Below are positions 60,545 through 64,000 of a DNA stretch of 64,000 nucleotides, piece by piece (positions within the stretch are counted from its first letter, which is position 1; each line of letters opens with the position of its first letter). The stretch spans positions 32,001-96,000 of IMG/VR virus record IMGVR_UViG_3300034284_000578. One strand, given 5' to 3'. This DNA comes from a virus. The position numbers were made by a program, and so were the translations under genes. The notes beneath the pieces are model-generated. The model was not told the origin of the DNA and did no database searches. It worked only from the letters and a program-made list of their open reading frames with translations.

Positions 60545-61177
60545 ATGGATTCAGAGTATAAAGTGCTAAAACTAACAAACGGTGATAGCGTTATTACGGA
60601 AATAAGTTCTACTTCCGAAAAATCAATATTTCTCCATAGACCTATGGCATTTAAGACAGTAATGATGATGGATGAGAATATGAATTCTACCGAAGTTCTT
60701 TTATTAAAGAATTGGGCAGAGTATTCAGCCGATACTGATATAGAAGTACCATTAAACTCTATTATGACATCATGGAAACCCGATGTTCTATTATTAAATT
60801 GTTATGAGATGGAAAAGATAAAACAAGACGCTCCGGAGATATACAAACTTTTAAAATCAAAGGATAAAAGTTTGCCTCCAGTAAATCCAAACATAATGCC
60901 AATGCTGCCTGGAATGCCCGGTTTAATTCCACCCACTCCCAAAAACATTCCAAATAATATGGCAAATTTTAATTTAAATTTACCAATGGATGTTGCTAAA
61001 CAATTGATTGAATTTTTAGAGGCGCAGGGTATAGATTTAATTGGACCGGACTTTTCAGATAATGAATTACCCGAAGAGATGTCTGATGAAGAAATGATAG
61101 ATGACTTATCAGAAGATCAGGGTTTTGGGAATAATTTAGACGATTGGTCTTCCGATCCCCAAGACTACCTCAAGTAA
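60545..61177 (+). CDS. Conserved hypothetical protein (Sm-like N-terminus) between uvsW and gp55
   Basis: KVLKLTNGDSVI...P...W..YS.D pattern, acidic tail; GAGGAG SD; typical T4-like synteny. Confidence 0.7.
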   Translation: MDSEYKVLKLTNGDSVITEISSTSEKSIFLHRPMAFKTVMMMDENMNSTEVLLLKNWAEYSADTDIEVPLNSIMTSWKPDVLLLNCYEMEKIKQDAPEIYKLLKSKDKSLPPVNPNIMPMLPGMPGLIPPTPKNIPNNMANFNLNLPMDVAKQLIEFLEAQGIDLIGPDFSDNELPEEMSDEEMIDDLSEDQGFGNNLDDWSSDPQDYLK

Positions 61178-61212
61178 TATATTGCAGGGCCCGGTATCCA
61201 CCGGCACTGAGA

Positions 61213-61240
61213 ATTATAAGGGGTTTCGCAAATCTGTCAA
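61213..61240 (-). promoter_or_regulatory. Antisense sigma70-type promoter TTGACA-N16-TATAAT
   Basis: Reverse complement of ATTATA-AGGGGTTTCGCAAATC-TGTCAA; intergenic; no credible minus-strand ORF downstream. Confidence 0.7.
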
Positions 61241-61261
61241 GACAAAAATATAGGAAATCGC

Positions 61262-61289
61262 TTGCTTTATGCGAGCGTTGTAGTATCAT
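61262..61289 (+). promoter_or_regulatory. sigma70-type promoter of gp55/gp47
   Basis: TTGCTT-N16-TATCAT, same -35 and spacing as the uvsY promoter; GGAG SD and ATG 61310. Confidence 0.6.
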
Positions 61290-61309
61290 ACTCACAAGCG
61301 GAGAACATT

Positions 61310-61906
61310 ATGAAAAAGAACAAAAAGAAAAAGAAGAAGCAAGAAGAAGTTATAGAAGAGCCTCTTCCTGAAGAAGTAATTGAAGAAATTCAAAAGAAAT
61401 CACATTACATCAACAATAAAATGTTTTTTGATGAAATGGTTGAATGGAAAACAAAAGTAAACGAATCAAAAGAGGTTGGAGATCCCATACCACCAGTAAC
61501 TCCGTATATTGGTCAATGTTTTATGGAAATTGCTGAAAATTTGGCAAAGAAACCAAACTTTATGAATTATCCATTTAAAGACGATATGATTGGTGATGGG
61601 GTTGAAAATTGTTTGATGTATTGCTCAAACTTTGATCCCACCAAATCGAATAATCCCTTTTCTTACTTTACCCAAATAATTTACTATGCGTTCTTGCGTA
61701 GAATTCAAAAAGAGAAGAAACAAACATTAATTAAATACAAATACCTAAAGTCTTTGGATACAAAAGGTGATTTATCTGAATACTTAAAGCATATGGGTAT
61801 AAGTGAAGACGAAGAAAATTATTTAAAAACATTAGATGAAGAGACACCCAAAAAGCCAAAGAATAAAAAGAAAAATCGCAAGAGTCTAATAATGGAGGAT
61901 GAATGA
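61310..61906 (+). CDS. gp55: Late-transcription sigma factor (start revised to ATG 61310)
   Basis: HYINNK.F, YIGQCF..IAE.L..KPNF.NY...DDMIGDG.ENCL.Y..NFDP.KS.NPFSYFTQIIYYAFLRRIQKEKKQ. Confidence 0.97.
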   Translation: MKKNKKKKKKQEEVIEEPLPEEVIEEIQKKSHYINNKMFFDEMVEWKTKVNESKEVGDPIPPVTPYIGQCFMEIAENLAKKPNFMNYPFKDDMIGDGVENCLMYCSNFDPTKSNNPFSYFTQIIYYAFLRRIQKEKKQTLIKYKYLKSLDTKGDLSEYLKHMGISEDEENYLKTLDEETPKKPKNKKKNRKSLIMEDE

Positions 61907-62952
61907 AAATAGCATTTTTGGCTGATACTCATTTTGGTGCTAGAAATGATGCTCCATTATTTTTAGATCACTTTTTAGACTTTTTTGAAAATCAATTCTT
62001 CCCGTATTTGGAAGAACACAATATTAAGACAATAATTCACTTGGGTGATCTAATGGATCGCCGCAAGTTTGTTAATTTTCATACACTAAATCAAGTTCGC
62101 AAGAGGTTTATAGACAAATTAAAAAATGGCAACTACGAAATGCATTGTATTGCGGGCAATCATGATACCTATTTTAGAAATACTAATGATGTTAACTCTC
62201 TTCGAGAATTGTTTGACGGAGACTTCAAGATATACGATTTTTTACCAGCAAAGGTAAACTTTAGTGGAGTTGATTTTGTATTTGTTCCGTGGTTAAATAA
62301 AGCAAACAGTGAACAATCTTTAGAGTTCATTAAAAATACCTCTGCTGATTTTGTTCTTGGTCATTTTGAATTTGTGGGATATCAAGTTCTCCGTGGGGTA
62401 AAGCACGAAGAAGGAACCGATCCATCTTTGTTCTCCAAGTTTGAACACGTTTATTCGGGACACTTCCATTGTAAGCAAACAGATAAGAATATCTCATATC
62501 TTGGCACACCTTACCAAATAACATTTGGTGATGTTAATGAACGCAAAGGTTTTCATGTGTTTGACACAGATACCCGCGTTATGGAATTCATCCCAAATAA
62601 AAACCGAATGTTCTATGTTCTTCGTTATAATGATAAAGACGAAGATCCTATGAAAATTGATTTTACAGAATATAAGAACAAGTTTGTAAAAATTATTGTA
62701 GAAACAAAAACTAAACCATACATTTTTGATAGATTTATGGATAGTCTTTATGGTGCTCAAGTAGCAAACTTAACGGTTGCGGAAGAGCAAAACAATGATA
62801 TACTTTCGGTTGATAAAGTTGATGCATCATTGGATACGGTATCCATCATCAATAATGAAATTGATGGGATGCAAGAAGTTCAGAATAAAGAAAAACTTAA
62901 GAAGATTATTCATGAACTTTATTTAGAGAGCCTTTCTTCACAAGAAACATGA
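61903..62952 (+). CDS. gp47: Recombination endonuclease subunit (SbcD/Mre11-like)
   Basis: DTHFGARND, HLGDLMDRRK, GNHDTYF, GHF, SGHFH, YLGTPYQ. Confidence 0.97.
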   Translation: MKIAFLADTHFGARNDAPLFLDHFLDFFENQFFPYLEEHNIKTIIHLGDLMDRRKFVNFHTLNQVRKRFIDKLKNGNYEMHCIAGNHDTYFRNTNDVNSLRELFDGDFKIYDFLPAKVNFSGVDFVFVPWLNKANSEQSLEFIKNTSADFVLGHFEFVGYQVLRGVKHEEGTDPSLFSKFEHVYSGHFHCKQTDKNISYLGTPYQITFGDVNERKGFHVFDTDTRVMEFIPNKNRMFYVLRYNDKDEDPMKIDFTEYKNKFVKIIVETKTKPYIFDRFMDSLYGAQVANLTVAEEQNNDILSVDKVDASLDTVSIINNEIDGMQEVQNKEKLKKIIHELYLESLSSQET

Positions 62953-63512
62953 ATATTTTTGTATTAGATAACAATCCACGAATCGCCGCGCAAATGATGT
63001 GCGATAAGCATGTAGTTAAAATGATTCTAGAATCTTGTCAATTGATGTCTACTGCCCATCATGTTTTGGATGGTAATGAGATTACAAGAACCACAAAGAA
63101 CGGAAGAAAGTTTAAGACATGGGAAGTAAATAAGCCAGGATTTACTTTTTTGCGTTGCACTATGATAAACCACCCATGCACCATATGGACTCGCGCAAGC
63201 GCAGAATCATATTACTGGTTGTGGGAACATACTCACGAAATGTTAAAAGTGTATCAAGCACGGTATAACAAAATTCATTGTTATGACAATATGATTCAAT
63301 ATAGTTTGGCACATTGTCCGAAAAATATACCAAATAATACAATGCCACCATTTGCTCAAGCGATGCCGGATCAATACAAAAATTCTGATGCGGTTCGGGC
63401 ATATCGTGATTATTACATTCACGAAAAGTCTAGATTTGCAAAATGGAAAACAGGAAATGCACCATCTTGGTATACGGAAGGTGTGAGCAGCATAAATACT
63501 GTACAAACATGA
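62949..63512 (+). CDS. Pyrimidine-dimer DNA glycosylase / DenV-like protein
   Basis: MNIFVLD..P..AA...CDKHVVKMILESCQL.STAH, NHPCTIW.R.S..Y.WL, FAQAMP..YK..D.V.AYR.YY. Confidence 0.8.
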   Translation: MNIFVLDNNPRIAAQMMCDKHVVKMILESCQLMSTAHHVLDGNEITRTTKNGRKFKTWEVNKPGFTFLRCTMINHPCTIWTRASAESYYWLWEHTHEMLKVYQARYNKIHCYDNMIQYSLAHCPKNIPNNTMPPFAQAMPDQYKNSDAVRAYRDYYIHEKSRFAKWKTGNAPSWYTEGVSSINTVQT

Positions 63513-63943
63513 TTACAATAGTAGAAAATATAATTACAGTAGATACAGAAGAAGAAACCAAAATGGTTGAATTGTTTTTGGAAGAAAACCATTTTGATTT
63601 TGATTTATTGTGTAATAATTTTTTAATATACGATCCGGTTGACGAGTTACTTGAAGAATTTATGGATTCTTCTTTGGATATTTTGCTTGACGAAGGCGTT
63701 GCACAGCGTAAAATTGTAGTCAGAAACGGAAAAAGAAAAGTTATCTTTAGATGCAAGCCCGGTGAAAAGAAAATAGGAAGACGTTGCGCTCGTAGAAAGA
63801 GTTCCGAGTTGGCAAAAATGCGTCGGCGCGCCAGACGGGCTGCTAGAAAATCAAAGAGTAAAAGAGGTCGTGCATTAAGAAAGAGAAGAATTTCTTTGCG
63901 TAGAAGAAAGACTCTTGGTGGTGCTAAGAAGCACAAGCATTAA
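63509..63943 (+). CDS. gp68: Prohead core protein gp68-like, relocated (start revised to ATG 63509)
   Basis: Acidic N-half, then RKIVVRNGKRKV..C...RRARRAARKSKSKR..ALRKRRISLRRRK.LG basic tail; late promoter CATAAATA at 63491-63498. Confidence 0.7.
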   Translation: MITIVENIITVDTEEETKMVELFLEENHFDFDLLCNNFLIYDPVDELLEEFMDSSLDILLDEGVAQRKIVVRNGKRKVIFRCKPGEKKIGRRCARRKSSELAKMRRRARRAARKSKSKRGRALRKRRISLRRRKTLGGAKKHKH

Positions 63944-63945
63944 TT

Positions 63946-64000
63946 ATGATTACATTTACTAAGATTCGTTGGAAGAATTTCCTTTCAACTGGAAATAGTT
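63946..64000 (+). CDS. gp46: Recombination endonuclease ATPase subunit, N-terminal fragment
   Basis: MITFTKIRWKNFLSTGNS matches the gp46/SbcC N-terminus; downstream of gp47. Confidence 0.88.
   Translation, partial: MITFTKIRWKNFLSTGNS

Noticed and set aside
61261-61289. TGCTTTA as a T4 MotA box (middle promoter) before gp55, similar at uvsY
   Set aside because: Equally explained as a TTGCTT -35 element; the uvsY copy does not fit MotA spacing and no motA/asiA is visible in the window
63483-63505. Third RBS-locking hairpin around the gp68-like late promoter (GCAG-CATAAATA-CTGT)
   Set aside because: Only about 4 contiguous pairs and it does not cover the start codon; too weak to claim
63430-63936. 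168-aa minus-strand ORF
   Set aside because: Shadow of the gp68-like gene; no start signals or recognisable motif

Overview
AT-rich fragment of a T4-like (T4 superfamily, contractile-tail) myophage genome. It covers almost the whole virion morphogenesis region: tape measure/hub, gp26-gp54-gp2-gp4 on the minus strand; gp48-53-27-5-25-6-7-8 baseplate, VrlC/DUF4815-like and fibre genes, neck gp13/14/15, terminase gp16/17, gp18/19/20, head gp67/21/22/23 and gp3 on the plus strand. It then runs into uvsY, uvsW, late sigma gp55, gp47, a DenV-like glycosylase, a displaced gp68-like gene and the start of gp46. No tRNA, rRNA, CRISPR array or mobile element was seen. Main non-routine observations: (1) a two-gene insert after the portal whose second gene fuses a collagen/Cys-rich fibre to a Pol-beta-type nucleotidyltransferase; (2) a likely programmed -1 frameshift at T TTT TTC giving a gp26/gp51-type chaperone pair just upstream of the tape measure gene; (3) a timing circuit in which late genes downstream of sigma70-type promoters (gp13, uvsW) have the RBS locked in a hairpin holding the late promoter, plus a consensus antisense sigma70 promoter aimed at uvsW; (4) a 3556-aa baseplate-region protein with a GH141-like beta-helix and an Asp-box propeller apparently nested inside other domains; (5) several split virion genes (gp5, VrlC-like, gp15). 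All family assignments come from motif recognition by eye, not from database searches.
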